DNA of 64,000 nucleotides, from contig CAWKDQ010000011.1 in assembly GCA_963848435.1 (NCBI GenBank), positions 580,418 through 644,417 on the forward strand. The letters are read 5' to 3'. Each line of letters starts with the position of its first letter. Position 1 is the first letter of the stretch. This stretch comes from an uncultured Conexibacteraceae bacterium. Its GTDB lineage: Bacteria > Actinomycetota > Thermoleophilia > Solirubrobacterales > Solirubrobacteraceae. The notes beneath the pieces are model-generated. The model had not been told where the DNA came from, searched no databases, and saw only the letters and a list, made by a program, of their open reading frames with translations. The position numbers and the translations under genes are program-made. This document shows positions 63,009 to 64,000 of this stretch, one piece after another.

Positions 63009-64000
63009 GTGGTGGGATTCCAGACTTGGCGATCTATAGACACTCGCCGCGCCGCTTGTGCGGCGTTCGGCGTTGTGCTTCTTGCGTCGCTGGTTTTTTC
63101 CGTGGTCATGACTGCGACGGCGGCGGCGGCACCGCCAGGGACTGCTGGTCTCACTGAGAATGTGGCGTTGTCTCGCGTCGCTGACGGGTACGCCGACAAA
63201 CTCGGCAGTCTGCTTGGGCTGAACCCCAGTTTTAGGAGCTTTGTCGCGGACGGCAGCTTCGCGAAGGGACGGTTAGGCCCCGTTGCCGAGACTCGGGCTC
63301 TGGATGCTCAAGGCGGCTTTTCGGGTGCGCCAACCACGTGCCTGATCAGGCTGAACCCCCTCAGCGGATTCTCGAGGAGTAGCGTGCAGGAGACGCTTGC
63401 TCACGAAGTCTTCCATTGCCTGCAGATCCAGGTTCTGGGAAGCACAAACAAGGCCGCGCCGATCGCGAGAAGTGAGAAGTGGCTGATAGAGGGAGGGGCG
63501 CAATGGGCGGCCTGCCAGGTCCAGGCCGGCCCTGTAAGCGAAGGCTGGTACCGGAATTACCTCCGCAACCCGGAGATGGAGCTGTTCAAACGCAGCTATA
63601 ACGCGATCGGGTTCTTCACTGAGGTCAGGCATGCCACCGGCATCGATCCGTTCAGGACGATGCGAGCTGCGCTCATGGCCGGCAGTAGTGCGGGCGCGTA
63701 TGACAAGCTCCTGGACGGCCACGAAGAGCAGCTCCTTGACGACTGGGCCGCGAGCTTCGCGCAAGAACGCTCCCGCGGGCCGCAATGGGCCCCGAGCGGG
63801 CCCTGCGACCAATCAACGCAGGTCAATCCGCAGCCCGTTGAGGTGAGTTCGACAGGCACCGAGCATGTCAAGGTAGGCAGCCTTGCCACAACCCTTAAGA
63901 CCCTCGTGCCCGCCCACGGCGACTATGTGCTCGACATCAAAGTAACGAGTGGCCGTGCACGGCTCTCGGCCGAGGGGATCAATGACGTGATCTCGCCCCG
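63009..64000 (+). CDS. Secreted HExxH-motif protein (putative zinc metalloprotease); 3' end beyond the window
   Basis: Frame open from 62997 to the window end, so it is absent from the ORF track. GTG starts at 63009 and 63012. Signal-peptide-like RRAACAAFGVVLLASLVFSVVMTATAAAAP. LAHEVFHCLQ motif. Confidence 0.6.
   Translation, partial: MVGFQTWRSIDTRRAACAAFGVVLLASLVFSVVMTATAAAAPPGTAGLTENVALSRVADGYADKLGSLLGLNPSFRSFVADGSFAKGRLGPVAETRALDAQGGFSGAPTTCLIRLNPLSGFSRSSVQETLAHEVFHCLQIQVLGSTNKAAPIARSEKWLIEGGAQWAACQVQAGPVSEGWYRNYLRNPEMELFKRSYNAIGFFTEVRHATGIDPFRTMRAALMAGSSAGAYDKLLDGHEEQLLDDWAASFAQERSRGPQWAPSGPCDQSTQVNPQPVEVSSTGTEHVKVGSLATTLKTLVPAHGDYVLDIKVTSGRARLSAEGINDVISP

Noticed and set aside
1-64000. 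Search for CRISPR arrays, rRNA genes, IS elements or transposases, prophage structural genes and classical multi-gene defence systems (RM, CBASS, Thoeris-like and others).
   Set aside because: I saw no regularly spaced short repeats, rRNA-like sequence, DDE or serine recombinase motifs, or capsid/terminase-like ORFs. Absence is judged by eye only and should be confirmed with dedicated tools.

Overview
This is a high-GC chromosomal segment with actinobacterial-type coding: GC3-rich codons, frequent GTG/TTG starts, 4-8 nt stop/start overlaps and several apparently leaderless genes. All calls come from reading the sequence and ORF translations by eye, and family names are from memory. No database search, covariance model, or GC/k-mer statistic was run.

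Layout:
- 1-8.3 kb: purine operon purC-purS-purQ-purL-purF-purN-purH, then a RidA-like gene.
- 8.3-18.2 kb: an insertion after tRNA-Lys(TTT). It carries a sulfide-detoxification-type cluster (ArsR regulator, rhodaneses, SQR, thioredoxin, DUF2892, MMPL, OsmC) and a VapBC pair. No recombinase is present.
- 18.2-27.5 kb: core-like genes, namely Phd/RelE-ParE, VOC, DUF1905, TMEM175, PAP2, DUF2252, AzlCD, NudC and a TRASH-domain permease.
- 27.6-45.4 kb: an integrative mobilizable element in tRNA-Glu(TTC). It has int, xis, mobC and a relaxase. Cargo: a Cys-pair repeat secreted protein, a frameshifted HEPN gene, a LuxR-type ATPase regulator, hydrolases, TehA, Dps and a PIN toxin-antitoxin (TA) pair.
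- 45.4-58.4 kb: core metabolism, namely a second DUF2252, HigBA-like, OsmC, GNATs, glycerate kinase, acyl-CoA synthetase, pyrD and two 6-phosphogluconate dehydrogenases (6PGDH).
- 58.4-62.7 kb: a short insertion after tRNA-Val(TAC). It carries an AmiC-like cytoplasmic binding protein next to a degenerate HD-GYP/LuxR regulator.
- 63.0 kb to the window end: an HExxH secreted protein that is missing from the ORF track because it runs off the window.

The strongest structural signal is that each of the three tRNA genes is followed 4-18 kb downstream by a 44-48 bp direct repeat of its own 3' part. Each repeat starts at the anticodon loop.

I found no CRISPR array, rRNA or IS element. I cannot point to one clear-cut undescribed system. 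The best candidates for new biology are the SQR-Trx-DUF2892-MMPL-OsmC cluster, the AmiC-like/HD-GYP-LuxR pair, the Cys-pair repeat protein and the HEPN gene on the mobilizable element.
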